Position numbers and translations under genes: made by a program. Below are positions 40,043 to 51,249 of a stretch of 64,000 bases of DNA, piece by piece. The first letter of the stretch is position 1. Every line of letters begins with the position of its first letter. The DNA comes from Gemmatimonadaceae bacterium (lineage in GTDB: Bacteria; Gemmatimonadota; Gemmatimonadetes; Gemmatimonadales; Gemmatimonadaceae), in the NCBI GenBank assembly GCA_044224875.1, contig JBGAJQ010000013.1:1-64000 (forward strand), written 5' to 3'. The notes below the pieces were generated by a model. It did not search any database. It was given only the letters and a program-made list of their open reading frames with translations, and was not told the DNA's origin.

Positions 40043-40777
40043 ATGGACAAACAGACAGAGCTGCGCTCGCTACGGGCCTACGCCGTCGGGGTGACGGCGG
40101 TTCTCGCCGCCAGCTCGATCATGGGATTTGCGCGTGCGCCACAAAAGGCCCGCTTCACAGAGATTGACGTCGAGCGCATCAACATCGTCGAACCTGACGG
40201 GAAGCTCCGCATGGTGCTCTCAAATCGGCCTCGCTCAATTGGGCCGATCTACAAGGGCCGGCCGTTTGGCTACGAGGGCGGCACGAGGCCGGGGATCATC
40301 TTCTTCAATGATGAAGGAACGGAAAACGGCGGCTTGACGTTCGCCGGGCGCCAGAAGCCGGACGGGAGCTACGAGGCGTCCAGTGGATTCTCGTTCGACC
40401 AGTTCAACCAGGACCAGGTGTTGTACTTCCAGTACGACGACAACAACGGCCTGCGACGCACCGGGCTTACGATCGCCGATCGAGCGAACGCCGACATCTT
40501 CGATGTGGTGGCACGTCGCGACTCCATCCAGAAAATGCCGGAAGGGGCGGCTCGCAACGAGGCCACGCAGCAACTCATGCGACCCGGTGGCGTGCCGTTG
40601 TTCGCCCAGCGCGTGTACGTCGGGCGCGATCGGGCTCGCTCTGCCGTGTTGAACCTGTCCGATCCCGAGGGCCGGCCGCGACTCCGGCTGGTTGTTGACT
40701 CCACCGGCGCCGCGTCGCTGTTGTTCCTGGACGAACACGGAACCGTGACCGCTCGATATCCCGACCCGGCTCGCTGA
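40043..40777 (+). CDS. Hypothetical membrane-anchored protein
   Basis: AGGAGGAG RBS; N-terminal TM; FTEIDVERINIVEPDGKLRMVLSN. Confidence 0.75.
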   Translation: MDKQTELRSLRAYAVGVTAVLAASSIMGFARAPQKARFTEIDVERINIVEPDGKLRMVLSNRPRSIGPIYKGRPFGYEGGTRPGIIFFNDEGTENGGLTFAGRQKPDGSYEASSGFSFDQFNQDQVLYFQYDDNNGLRRTGLTIADRANADIFDVVARRDSIQKMPEGAARNEATQQLMRPGGVPLFAQRVYVGRDRARSAVLNLSDPEGRPRLRLVVDSTGAASLLFLDEHGTVTARYPDPAR

Positions 40778-40781
40778 CGAC

Positions 40782-42029
40782 CTACTCGTGGCGGATGGCT
40801 TCGATGGGACTCAGGCGCGCCGCTCGGCGCGCCGGATACGTCCCGAAGGCGATGCCGATCATCACCGACAAGAACGCCGCCGCGAGCACTGAACTCCAGG
40901 TGAAGCTCGCCTGGATGAAGGTCGCCGACGCATACCGCCGGATCAGGGCCGTCAGCCCGAACGACGTCGCCAACCCGAGCACGACACCAAAGAAGCCCCC
41001 AACGGCCGTGATCGCCACCGATTCGGTGAGGAACTGGAGCAGGATGTCCCGGTGGCGCGCCCCGGCCGCCTTCCGAATGCCAATCTCGCGGGTGCGCTCG
41101 GTCACGGACGCCAGTAACACGTTCATGATGCCGATACCGCCAACGATCAGGGAGATGCCAGTGATCGCCCCCATCAACAGCTTGAAGATCAGGATGCCCT
41201 GCGATGCCTGATCCGCCCGCTCACCATAGGACTGGATGACAAAGGCCGACTTCGTCCCCGTCTTCGTCGGCTGCAACAGTGTTCGGATTCCACGCTCCAC
41301 CTTCGCCACATCCTCCACCGTCAGCGCGCGGGCTATGATCGTGGGGTATCGCAGGCTCCTCGCGTGGAACAGGGTGTCCAGTCCGGCGCTGTACGGGATG
41401 ATCGCGCCACGTGAGGTGCGCCCGAGCTCGCCGTCAATGACCCCGACGACGGTGTGATTACGCCCATTCAGGGAAATGCGCATGCCTAACGCGCCTGCAG
41501 GGTTGCTGGTCGAAAGATCCCTGGCAAGCTGACGTGAAACCACCACCGCCCCGCCAGTCGCGATGTCGGCAGGTGTCAGCATGCGCCCAGCCGACAGCTT
41601 CAAGGCGCCCAACCGATCGATCCCGTCCGTCACGGCCATCACACCAGCCATGCGTCGCACGGTGGAATCGGCTGATCGCACCTCAACCGGAGCGCGCGCC
41701 AACAGACCGGCGCTCGCAACACCGGGCAAGGCCGCCACCGTTCTCAAGACGTCCAGCGTCAACGGAATGGTGTCAGCCATGGCAAACGTCTGCCCGTCGA
41801 TATCCTCACCCACGCGCGATTCCACCCCAAGACTCAGGAGATCCGTTGTCTCCGCCAGCTGTGCGCGCGCGGTTCGCTCCATCCCGTCCCCGAGGGAAAG
41901 GACGGCGACCAGGGACGCCACGCCTATGATCACACCGAGCGTTGAAAGCACACCGCGCATCGGGCTCAACATCAGTGTTTCACGCGTGACCAAGATTGCC
42001 GTGGCCACCGGCCCCGTCAGCTTACGCAT
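40782..42029 (-). CDS. MacB/FtsX-type ABC transporter permease
   Basis: LGVIIGVASLV...VGGIGIMNVLLASVTERTREIGIRKAAGA...YPARRAARLSPIEAIR. Confidence 0.92.
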   Translation of the reverse strand: MRKLTGPVATAILVTRETLMLSPMRGVLSTLGVIIGVASLVAVLSLGDGMERTARAQLAETTDLLSLGVESRVGEDIDGQTFAMADTIPLTLDVLRTVAALPGVASAGLLARAPVEVRSADSTVRRMAGVMAVTDGIDRLGALKLSAGRMLTPADIATGGAVVVSRQLARDLSTSNPAGALGMRISLNGRNHTVVGVIDGELGRTSRGAIIPYSAGLDTLFHARSLRYPTIIARALTVEDVAKVERGIRTLLQPTKTGTKSAFVIQSYGERADQASQGILIFKLLMGAITGISLIVGGIGIMNVLLASVTERTREIGIRKAAGARHRDILLQFLTESVAITAVGGFFGVVLGLATSFGLTALIRRYASATFIQASFTWSSVLAAAFLSVMIGIAFGTYPARRAARLSPIEAIRHE

Positions 42030-43692
42030 GGGTTCCGCCGAGTGGAGCGTCGACCGAGACACCGCCGCCGCGCGCCGCCGCTACATCGGCCCACGCGGTC
42101 GCCGTTGACGGAGCCACCTGACTCATTGCGTGCTCGGCGAGTGCCGTGATGCTGAGTGATGGATTCACCCCTGGGTTGGCCGGAATCGCCGAGCCGTCGC
42201 AGATGATGAGATTCTGATAGCCGAACGCACGGAGATTGGCATCCACCACACCCGCACTCGAATCTGCACCGATGACGGCTCCTCCCAGGAGGTGCGCGGT
42301 GGTGGGGATGTTCGCGGCGGCTTCGAGAATGCCACTCTGCGGCGTTCCATTCGTGTGCTTGGCTATCCACTCCACGACCTCGTTGGCCACGGCGATGAAG
42401 GTCGGATTCGGCCGATCGGGATCCTGCTCCGTGCGCAGGCGAAAACGCCCGAACCAGCTGTGTCGCGCGCGTAGGGCGATGGCGTTGTCGCGAGTCTGCA
42501 TGACCAGCACGACAAGCGTCCGTCGGCTCCAACCCACGGGCCAGCGACTGCGAAGAAATCGCCATGGGTGTCGGAGGATGCTACCCAGCAAGAGGAGTGG
42601 TCGCGTCAGCCGTGACCCGCGACCGGTCAGGGGCGCCAGCAGAAAGGACATCGCGTCACCGCGACGTCCGTAGGTGACGAACTCGATGTGTGTATCGGAC
42701 GATGGATGGATGCTTGCACTGATCGCGACGTCGTTCCACACAGCGAGCGTGTCATCCGGAAGGGTGACAGCGAGGATGGATTCGCTGTTGGTTCGCACCA
42801 GCTCGCCCAGTCGTGGACTAAGGCGCGGCAGCGTTCCCTCGAGTCGGCATCGGAGGAGCAAGCGGTTCGTTCCCAAGGCGCCGGCGGCAACGACGACACC
42901 ACGCGCCGTGAATGTGCGCATCGTTCGCCGGACGAGTGCACCGGGCTTCCGCGTCGTTACGCGATAGCCGGTGCTCCCGTCAGCCGCACCCAGTGGCTCA
43001 ATGCCGGTAACCTCGCAGTCAGGAACAATCTCCGCGCCGCGCCGTTCGGCGAACCACAGGTAGTTCTTCAGGAGCGTGTTCTTGGCGCCCTCGCGACATC
43101 CGACCATGCAAGCGCCGCATCGTGTGCACCCCGTGCGTGGCGGCCCTTCGCCGCCAAAGTACGGATCGGGTACCTCCAGCCCTGGCGTGCCAAAGTACAC
43201 GCCGACTGGGACACGAGTGAACGTGTCCTCGACCCCCAGGTGTTGGCCGACCCGCTGCAAGAGGTGTTGTCCGTCACTAGCGTGCGGGACCAACTGGGCG
43301 CCGAGCATTTGTTCCGCCGTGGCGTAATGCGGCTGCAACACACGGTGCCAATCTGCCAGCGCTGCCCACTGTGGATGTTCAAAGAACGACGGCTTGGCGC
43401 GGTACAGAGTGTTGGCGTACACCGTGCTCCCGCCGCCAACCGCAGCGCCGCTCGCGACGAATACATCCTTGAATGGGGTGAGTCGCAGGATCCCGCGGAG
43501 GCCAAGCGTGGGCGCCCACAGAAACCGCCGTAGGTCCCACGCGGATTTCGCGAATTGATCGTCCGCGTACCGCTGGCCGCACTCCAGCACGGCCACGCGA
43601 TAGCCCTTTTCACTCAGGCGAAGGGCCGACACACTCCCACCGAACCCGGACCCGACCACGATCCAGTCGTAGTCCAGGTGGGTGGACGTCAT
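42022..43692 (-). CDS. GMC oxidoreductase (cholesterol oxidase ChoD-like)
   Basis: VVGSGFGGSV FAD motif, CTRCGACMVGC, TAHLLGG, NPGVNPSLSI. Confidence 0.88.
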   Translation of the reverse strand: MTSTHLDYDWIVVGSGFGGSVSALRLSEKGYRVAVLECGQRYADDQFAKSAWDLRRFLWAPTLGLRGILRLTPFKDVFVASGAAVGGGSTVYANTLYRAKPSFFEHPQWAALADWHRVLQPHYATAEQMLGAQLVPHASDGQHLLQRVGQHLGVEDTFTRVPVGVYFGTPGLEVPDPYFGGEGPPRTGCTRCGACMVGCREGAKNTLLKNYLWFAERRGAEIVPDCEVTGIEPLGAADGSTGYRVTTRKPGALVRRTMRTFTARGVVVAAGALGTNRLLLRCRLEGTLPRLSPRLGELVRTNSESILAVTLPDDTLAVWNDVAISASIHPSSDTHIEFVTYGRRGDAMSFLLAPLTGRGSRLTRPLLLLGSILRHPWRFLRSRWPVGWSRRTLVVLVMQTRDNAIALRARHSWFGRFRLRTEQDPDRPNPTFIAVANEVVEWIAKHTNGTPQSGILEAAANIPTTAHLLGGAVIGADSSAGVVDANLRAFGYQNLIICDGSAIPANPGVNPSLSITALAEHAMSQVAPSTATAWADVAAARGGGVSVDAPLGGTHA

Positions 43693-43725
43693 TGGTGCCG
43701 CGGCGCCGCGGAGGGCGTGGCGTCG

Positions 43726-46308
43726 CTAGACGCCAACGCTCTCCGGGATATCCACCACGCGATCGGTCGCATCCAGGTGCGCCTCATGGGCGAGGGCGAT
43801 GTCGAGCACTTGGGATAGCGTCTCAACCGGATGGAAGGTCAGTTGGTGCTGCACTTCGTCCGGCACATCCTCCAGGTCCGCTTCGTTCTGCTTGGGAATG
43901 ACGATGTGCTTGATGCCGGCCCGGTGAGCGCCTAACACCTTTTCCTTCAGCCCGCCAATCGGCAGGACGCGGCCACGGAGCGTGATCTCACCGGTCATGG
44001 CAACATCACGTCGCACGGCACGTCCCGACAGCTCCGACACCAGGGCGGTACCGATCGCGATACCGGCCGACGGCCCGTCCTTCGGAATCGCGCCAGCCGG
44101 CACGTGAATGTGGGCCTCCAGCGCGCCCTCCATTCGTTCGGCGGGAATGCCGAGCGCGCGCGCATTATTCGTGGCATACGTGAGGGCGGCACGCGCGCTT
44201 TCCTTCATGACGTCGCCCAGCTGCCCCGTCAGGATCAACGAGATCGGTCCGCTGCCACCGTGGCGCGGCACGGGGTCGCTTTCCTCCACGGCGCGCGCTC
44301 TCTCGCTGCGGCGGATCGAGGCCTCGACGAACATGATGTCGCCACCGACGGGCGTGTAGTACATGCCCGTGGCAATGCCCACTTCGTTCGTCTCTTGCGC
44401 CCGTTCCGGATGCACCTTCGGTCGCCCGAGGAGTTGGCGCACCTCATCGGCATCGATGGCGTTGTCCGCCAGCACGCCCTGATCGCCCGTCGCGAGCTGC
44501 CGGGCCACCTTGCGGCACACCGCGCCGATCTTCTGTTCAAGCTGCCGAACACCACTCTCGCGCGTGTAGTTGGACACGATCGAGGCAATGGCTTCGCCGG
44601 TGAAGGCCACCTGCTTGTCCGCCAAGCCGTTCTCCTCCAGCTGCCGTGGCAGCAGGTACTTCTTGGCGATCTCGGCCTTCTCTCGTTCGGTATACCCAGA
44701 GAACTCCACGGTCTCCATGCGGTCGAGCAAGGGCCCCGGAATGTTCTGGATGAAGTTGGCGGTCGCGATGAACAGCACCTCACTCAGGTCGAACGGGACG
44801 CCAAGGTAGTGATCGGTAAAGGAGTCGTTTTGCGCCGGATCGAGCACCTCCAACAGCGCCGATGCCGGGTCGCCCTGGAACGACGTACCCAGCTTGTCCA
44901 CCTCGTCCAGCAGGAAGATCGGGTTCTTGGTCCCTGCTTGCTTCATCCCCTGGATGATTCGCCCAGGCATGGCACCCACGTAGGTACGTCGATGCCCACG
45001 GATGTCGGCCTCATCGCGCGCCCCACCCAGGGCGACGCGCACGTACTGGCGTCCAAGCGAGCGAGCGATTGACTTGGCGATCGATGTCTTACCAACGCCC
45101 GGCGGTCCCACGAACAGGAGGATGGGCCCCTTGGCCATGGCGCGGGCCTTCGCTTCCTTCGCGTCGGTGATGGTGCGGTCCTCGGCGTCTCCGTTGCCTA
45201 ACGAAGGTGTTGCGTCTTCCCGGGCGGTCTTGAGCTTGGCCGCCGGGAACTCGCCGGTACGCGTCACTTCTTCAGCGAGTTGCTTGGCACGCAGCTGACG
45301 AACCGCCAGGAACTCCAGTACGCGATCCTTCACGTCCTGAAGGCCATAGTGGTCCTCGTCGAGGATTTCGTCGGCGCGCTTCAGGTCGAGGTGGTCGTCG
45401 GATCGCTTGTTCCATGGGAGTTCGGCGATCCACTCCAGGTACGTCCGGATGACCTGCGCTTCCATGGATTCACGGCCCGTGCGCTCTAGCCTTCCGAGCT
45501 CACGCTCGACCTCGGCACGCGCGTCCTTCGGCAGCTCCAACTTGGACAACTTGTCCCGCAACTCCTGAACTTCCTTGGATTGATCGTCGTCACCCAGTTC
45601 CTTCTGGATAGCCTTCATCTGCTCGCGCAGGAACATCTCACGTTGGCGCTCACCGAGCTCTTCCTGCACCTGCGACTTGATCTCCTCTTGAGCCTCCAAC
45701 ATGCCGATCTGTCGCTGCACATGGACCAGCACGCGACGCAGGCGTTCCTCGACGCTGAGCGTTTCCAGCAGCCCCTGCTTCTCGGGGACAGGGAGCTCCA
45801 GATATCCAGCGACGAGGTCCGCGAAGCGGCCCGGCTCCTCGACCGCGTCGAGCACCTGGTGCACGACCTCTTCCGGCAGTCCGCGGCGCTCACCCAGTTC
45901 GGCGGCGCGCTCGCGCGTTTCCTTCTGCAGCGCTTCAAACGCCGCATCGTGCTCATTCAGGGGCGACATCTCTTCAGTCGGCATGACTACAGCCGTCAGG
46001 AAGCCGTCCCCGGGTGTGTACTGCAGGGAGGTGGCACGCTGCTCGCCTTGCAGCAGGAGTTGCACGCCGCCGAGGCCACGCTGGATCTGCCCGATTCGGG
46101 CGATCACTCCCATGGAGTAGAGGATTTCCGGCTTCGGTTCGTCCTCGTTGTCACGCTGCGCCACGGCGAAAACCAGCCGATCTCCCTTCAACGCCGATTC
46201 GATGGCGCGCAGTGTTCCGGGTCGGCCAGCCGCGATGGGCGCCGTGAGCCCCGGAAAGATGACCGTTCCCCTTAGCGGAAGAACGGGAAGAGTCTGCCTT
46301 GTTCCCAT
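43726..46308 (-). CDS. lon: ATP-dependent Lon protease
   Basis: LPVLPLR N-domain, GPPGVGKT, LLDEVDK, PKDGPSAG catalytic Ser, IGGLKEK. Confidence 0.97.
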   Translation of the reverse strand: MGTRQTLPVLPLRGTVIFPGLTAPIAAGRPGTLRAIESALKGDRLVFAVAQRDNEDEPKPEILYSMGVIARIGQIQRGLGGVQLLLQGEQRATSLQYTPGDGFLTAVVMPTEEMSPLNEHDAAFEALQKETRERAAELGERRGLPEEVVHQVLDAVEEPGRFADLVAGYLELPVPEKQGLLETLSVEERLRRVLVHVQRQIGMLEAQEEIKSQVQEELGERQREMFLREQMKAIQKELGDDDQSKEVQELRDKLSKLELPKDARAEVERELGRLERTGRESMEAQVIRTYLEWIAELPWNKRSDDHLDLKRADEILDEDHYGLQDVKDRVLEFLAVRQLRAKQLAEEVTRTGEFPAAKLKTAREDATPSLGNGDAEDRTITDAKEAKARAMAKGPILLFVGPPGVGKTSIAKSIARSLGRQYVRVALGGARDEADIRGHRRTYVGAMPGRIIQGMKQAGTKNPIFLLDEVDKLGTSFQGDPASALLEVLDPAQNDSFTDHYLGVPFDLSEVLFIATANFIQNIPGPLLDRMETVEFSGYTEREKAEIAKKYLLPRQLEENGLADKQVAFTGEAIASIVSNYTRESGVRQLEQKIGAVCRKVARQLATGDQGVLADNAIDADEVRQLLGRPKVHPERAQETNEVGIATGMYYTPVGGDIMFVEASIRRSERARAVEESDPVPRHGGSGPISLILTGQLGDVMKESARAALTYATNNARALGIPAERMEGALEAHIHVPAGAIPKDGPSAGIAIGTALVSELSGRAVRRDVAMTGEITLRGRVLPIGGLKEKVLGAHRAGIKHIVIPKQNEADLEDVPDEVQHQLTFHPVETLSQVLDIALAHEAHLDATDRVVDIPESVGV

Positions 46309-46686
46309 CGTTGTATCTCGGTTAAAACGCCCGGCCCCTCAGCCGCGAAACTGGCACATGCAGCCCTGCGCACTCCTCCATCTGCATCCCGGAGTCAGTG
46401 AGCGCAAGGCGATCAGGGGCCTTCGGCTTGGCTGCAGCAGGAATCGCGCTGCTGAATTACGTCACCTTGGCGGGGTTTGCAACTTTCGAGAGCCGAAGTG
46501 ACGTAGTGCGTGACAGTTCGCGTGTCGAATAAGCAGGTGCGGTCCGGAGCCGTCTTCACACCGCACACGCGCGTCGCCGTAAGCGCCAAATTGCCAATGT
46601 CATACGCGGTCAAGCGTTCTAGACGCTCAGTCACACGTGTTGTACACTTCTCAGCCGAGAAATTACGTCCCGAATCTGCCCATCGC

Positions 46687-48553
46687 GTGCCAGATCCTGT
46701 CGCATCGTCTGCAGCAGACGCTGAGCTGCGCGCGCACGTCGAGCGCGTACTAAGCGCCCACTACGAGCTCGATCGTGAGATCGGGCGCGGTGGCATGGGG
46801 ATCGTCTACAAGGCCCGCGACCGTCGGCTCAAGCGGCCGGTGGCGGTGAAGTTGCTCCCGCCGGAGCTGGCGTTCCGATCCGAGATCCGAACGCGCTTCC
46901 TGCGTGAGGCGGAGACGGCGGCGCAGCTCAGCCATCCCAATATCGTGCCCATCTACAGCGTCGATGAGCGCGAAGGCCTGGTGTACTTCGTCATGGCCTA
47001 TCCTCCTCGAGGTCGGGCGAGCACTCGCGTACGCCCACGAACGCGGTGTGGTGCATCGCGACATCAAGCCGGACAACATCCTCACGTCGTCGGCCGACGG
47101 CAGCGTGATGGTGACGGACTTCGGTATTGCGCGGGCGGTCAGCGATGGGGCGGATTCACGGTTGACCGCGACGGGAATGGCCATCGGTACGCCGGCGTAC
47201 ATGTCGCCCGAGCAGTCGATGGGGGAGCGCGAGATCGACGGACGCAGTGATCTGTATTCGTTAGGCATCGTTGGGTACCAGATGCTCTCAGGGGACCTGC
47301 CCTTCAACGCGTCCAGCACGCCGGCGTTGCTGGTCAAGCACATCTCCGAGCATCCCACACCGGTGGCCGAGCGTTGCCCATCGGCCCCGGCAGACCTGTC
47401 CCGAGCCGTGATGCTGCTGCTGGAGAAAGAGCCGGCGAACCGGTTCCCCAGCGCCTCCGCACTGGTGACGGCCCTGGAGACAGGACACGTTCCCGAGGCA
47501 CCCGTCAGGGTCAACACTCCTGTGCGCATCGCGTCGCCGTCGCAGCCGATGCCCTTGGAGACGTCCGACGGCTACCAGCCATCGGCGGATGAAGTGGCGC
47601 GCTGGAATGCGCCCATGGTACTGACGTTCCGAAAGAAGCTCGCCCCATTTTTCGCCTTTAGCGCGGTCAGCATTCTTCTCGCCATCTTCAACGTCCTCGA
47701 CGGACTGGTTGGCGTGGCGGGCATCTGGAGTGTGTTCATCGCCTTCCAGTACGCGAAGTTGTGGACCGAAGGATACGACTGGCGCGACGTCTTCAAGGAG
47801 CCGCGCGACCGCTTGTTCTTCGATGTCGTGGCCGAATGGATGGAGAACGTCCGCGCGCTGTGGGACCGCAAGAAGCGCGTGGAGATTCGGGAGCGACAAC
47901 GCACCCGCGGTGGTCGCGGCCACGACCTGTTCCCGCGAAACGCTGCAAACGCACTTCCCGCATCGTCGCTCAGTGGGCGCGAGCTGGACGCTGCGGCGGG
48001 CCCGTACGCCGCCCAGCTGCGCGAGGCGCAGCGCAATCGCGACGACATCATGCGCAACTTCCAGTCGCTGTCGAAGCACGATCGCGAAGGACTGTCGGAA
48101 GTGCCGGAGTCCGCCGTCGCGCTCTATGGGCGAGTGGAGGCGTTGGTGATGAGCCTCGCGGACTTGGAGCGAAATGCACCAGCTGAAGGGAGCGCGCCGG
48201 TAGACGCCGAAATCGCGCGACTCGAGTCAGAGGCCAATCCGCTCGACACCCGCGCCAGCGAAGAGCGCGTGCGCCGCTTGGCCTACCTCAAGAGGCAGCG
48301 TCGCGCGCTCAACGACGTGAGCGAGAAGCGATCCCGGTCGCGCGAGCGCATGGATCGTTGCATGCTGGCGCTCCAGAACATGCGTCTGGACCTCATCCGG
48401 TTGAAGGCGGGAAGTCAGACCGTGCAACAGGTGACGCTCGTTGCCGAACGCGCGATGAATGTTGCCCGTGACGTGGAAAGCGCCGTGTACGTCGCCGATG
48501 AGATGGCGAAGTTGAATCGGCGCCCGGCGTACGGCAGCGGGCCAAACGGCTGA
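46687..48553 (+). pseudogene. Ser/Thr protein kinase interrupted by a deletion/frameshift near 47000 (pseudogene or assembly error)
   Basis: N-lobe (GRGGMG, VAVK) is in one frame; HRDIKPDN, DFG and YMSPEQ are in another; about 23 residues present in the neighbouring paralog are missing at the junction. Confidence 0.8.
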
Positions 48554-48642
48554 CCCCTCGGTGTCCCCGCGCCGCGTCGGCATCGCGGTGACGCGCGCCT
48601 GCAGGTTTCCTTCCACACCCTCGACCTCCCCCACCCCCGCTC

Positions 48643-50649
48643 ATGTCCGACGCCCTCCGCGATCGCGTTGAATCCGCGTTAGGCGACGCGTATGAGTTCG
48701 AGGCCGAAATTGGACGCGGCGGGATGGGGGTGGTCTACCGCGCTCGCGATCGCAAGCTCCGCCGGTTCGTGGCCGTGAAGGTACTGCCACCTGAACTCGC
48801 CTTTCGCGACGAAATCCGCACGCGTTTCCTGCGCGAAGCCGAAACCGCCGCTCAGCTCAACCACCCGCACATCGTACCCATCTACGCCGTCGAGGAGCGT
48901 GAAGGACTGGTGGGATTCGTGATGGCGCTCGTCGACGGTGAAAGCCTGGGGGCACGCCTCACACGCGAACGCCGTCCGGCAATCGCCGACGTTCGCCGGA
49001 TCCTTCACGACGTGGCGGATGCGTTGGCATACGCGCACGCGCACGGCATCGTCCATCGCGACATCAAGCCCGACAACATCCTGCTCGACCGAGCGACCGG
49101 CCGTCCGATGGTCACCGATTTCGGGATCGCGCGAGCGATGGAGGGGGATGCGCGGTTGACGGTGACCGGGATCGCCGTCGGCACGCCGGCGTACATGTCG
49201 CCGGAACAGGCCATGGGAGATCGGGAAATCGATGGACGGAGCGACGTCTACGCGCTTGCCATCGTTGGGTACCAGATGCTGGCCGGAGAACTTCCCTTTC
49301 AGGCCACCAACACGCCGGCGATGCTGATGAAGCACATCAGCGAGCGCCCGCGACCGCTGCGCGATGCGCGCCGTGACGTGCCACCGCGACTGGCCGCGTG
49401 CATCGAACACGCGCTCGCCAAGCGTCCTGAGGATCGGTGGGAGAGTGCGGCGGCGTTTCGCGACGCCCTTGGTGCGGCGGAGGACGGTCCCGCCGACCCA
49501 TTGCTCGCGCCTAACGACGCTGCCCCCGACCGACTCTCGGCCGCGTGGAAGCACCCCGCCCCCGCCGCCCCCGCCCGCCCAAAAGCGGTCGACCCGGCCG
49601 CGTCGCATGGCGCCTTTGTCGGCGCCGACATCATGGGCGTGCGCGTTGGGGTGGTGGCCAACGTACGCGGGCGCGACGCGGTGGAAGCCGCCAATCACCC
49701 GGATGCGCTGCCGCCAATCCCCAGTTGGATGCCCAGCTCGTGGCGGGACGCGCGCCGCCAATGGGGCCCGGGACTCACCAAGCGCCAGTACAAGGAGATG
49801 ATGCGTGGCGCCAGCATGAACGCCACGGTCGATGGAATGTTGCAGCTGTCGGAAGCCGAACGCATCCGACGGTTCCGCCGCCAGATCGGAAGCACGTTCG
49901 TCACCGTCGGCGTACTGTTCGGCATCAATGCCTTCGTCACCCAAGGCCCACCCTGGTTCCTGATACCCTCGGCGTTCATGGGGCTTGGTGTGCTCCGACG
50001 CGCGGTCGGCCTGTGGGCCGATGGCGTTTCACTGCGCCGCATCTTTGGCAGGAGTTCGGTCGTTCGTACGCAGTCGCCGGCGTTGCCCGCACCCGCCCCG
50101 TCGCCAGAAGACCTCGCGCTCGCCCTGGCACCCGCGGACGTGCTGAACGGTCCCTATGGCCCGGTGGTTCTTCGCGCCGCACAGGATCGCGCCGCCGCCA
50201 AGAATGCCGTGGAGCGACTGACACCCGCGGATCGCACCATGATCCCGGATGTCGTCCCGACGCTAGACGCGCTCGCCGAACGCGTTGGTGCGATCGCCCA
50301 GTCCTTGCATCGCATGGACGAAGACATCACCCCCGATAGCCTGAACGAGATCGAACGCCGCATCGAGTTGTCCAAGGCCGCGCCGGAATCCGTGGAGCGC
50401 GACCAGCGTGTGGCATTGCTCGAGCGTCAGCGCGCCACCATGGGAGATCTCATGAAGCGCCGGGACGCGTTGCGCACGCAACTCGAGAGCGCCTCGTTGA
50501 TGCTGCAAAACCTCCGGCTGGACCTTCTCGCGTTACGTTCTGCCGGCGTTCAGTCCGTCATCGACGATGTCAGCAGCGCCACGCAGGAAGCGCGGGCCGT
50601 CTCCCGCGACATCGCCCGCGCCCTCGACGCCGCGAAGGAAATTCGTTAG
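48643..50649 (+). CDS. Ser/Thr protein kinase with two TM helices and a C-terminal coiled coil
   Basis: GRGGMG, VAVK, HRDIKPDN, DFG, YMSPEQ; hydrophobic hairpin; LQNLRLDL tail. Confidence 0.93.
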   Translation: MSDALRDRVESALGDAYEFEAEIGRGGMGVVYRARDRKLRRFVAVKVLPPELAFRDEIRTRFLREAETAAQLNHPHIVPIYAVEEREGLVGFVMALVDGESLGARLTRERRPAIADVRRILHDVADALAYAHAHGIVHRDIKPDNILLDRATGRPMVTDFGIARAMEGDARLTVTGIAVGTPAYMSPEQAMGDREIDGRSDVYALAIVGYQMLAGELPFQATNTPAMLMKHISERPRPLRDARRDVPPRLAACIEHALAKRPEDRWESAAAFRDALGAAEDGPADPLLAPNDAAPDRLSAAWKHPAPAAPARPKAVDPAASHGAFVGADIMGVRVGVVANVRGRDAVEAANHPDALPPIPSWMPSSWRDARRQWGPGLTKRQYKEMMRGASMNATVDGMLQLSEAERIRRFRRQIGSTFVTVGVLFGINAFVTQGPPWFLIPSAFMGLGVLRRAVGLWADGVSLRRIFGRSSVVRTQSPALPAPAPSPEDLALALAPADVLNGPYGPVVLRAAQDRAAAKNAVERLTPADRTMIPDVVPTLDALAERVGAIAQSLHRMDEDITPDSLNEIERRIELSKAAPESVERDQRVALLERQRATMGDLMKRRDALRTQLESASLMLQNLRLDLLALRSAGVQSVIDDVSSATQEARAVSRDIARALDAAKEIR

Positions 50650-50657
50650 GTGGCCCG

Positions 50658-51179
50658 CTAACGCGGCACGCGGGCCGGCAGCCACCTCTCGCTGCCCAGC
50701 GAAAAACCGATCACGCCACCCAGCACGCCGCCCACCACCAGGCCCGCCGGCATTTCCTTCACAAAGTCGCTGGCCGACGGATTCACCTCCGGCAGATTCC
50801 CGAGACCCCACAGCACCCCGCCCGCCAAGGCGCCGATGATCAGGCCCTTGATGGTGCTCCGCTTGGTGGTGCGCCCCCCGCTGATCTCGATCCTGTCGAT
50901 TGAGGACAGCTGCAACTTCACCCGCCGATACTCCTCGACTAACACTGGACCCGTGTCGAAGCCGAGGCGCCGGCGCGCCCCGGTCGTGTCCATCACCATG
51001 GCGACCGCGTCCAGCGAATCGACTCGCCCGACATAGGCGTCGCTGCGGAGCGACGCGGCGCGCACGCGAACTCGCGACCCAACGAAAACGTCCCGTGCAG
51101 GTGCCTGCTGTGCGCGGAGGTCTGGTGCGAGTAAGACAGAAATCGCGGTCGCACTGACGGCGAGCAAGAATCGGTTCAC
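50658..51179 (-). CDS. Exported hypothetical protein with a C-terminal Gly-rich hydrophobic hairpin
   Basis: GAGG upstream of GTG 51179; signal peptide; glycine-zipper-like C-terminus. Confidence 0.6.
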   Translation of the reverse strand: MNRFLLAVSATAISVLLAPDLRAQQAPARDVFVGSRVRVRAASLRSDAYVGRVDSLDAVAMVMDTTGARRRLGFDTGPVLVEEYRRVKLQLSSIDRIEISGGRTTKRSTIKGLIIGALAGGVLWGLGNLPEVNPSASDFVKEMPAGLVVGGVLGGVIGFSLGSERWLPARVPR

Positions 51180-51249
51180 GCCTTGGATCCTCGAGGTAGC
51201 AACGGCAAGGGGAGCCACTCCGCCAGTCTCGACAAGCACGACTTGGCTC

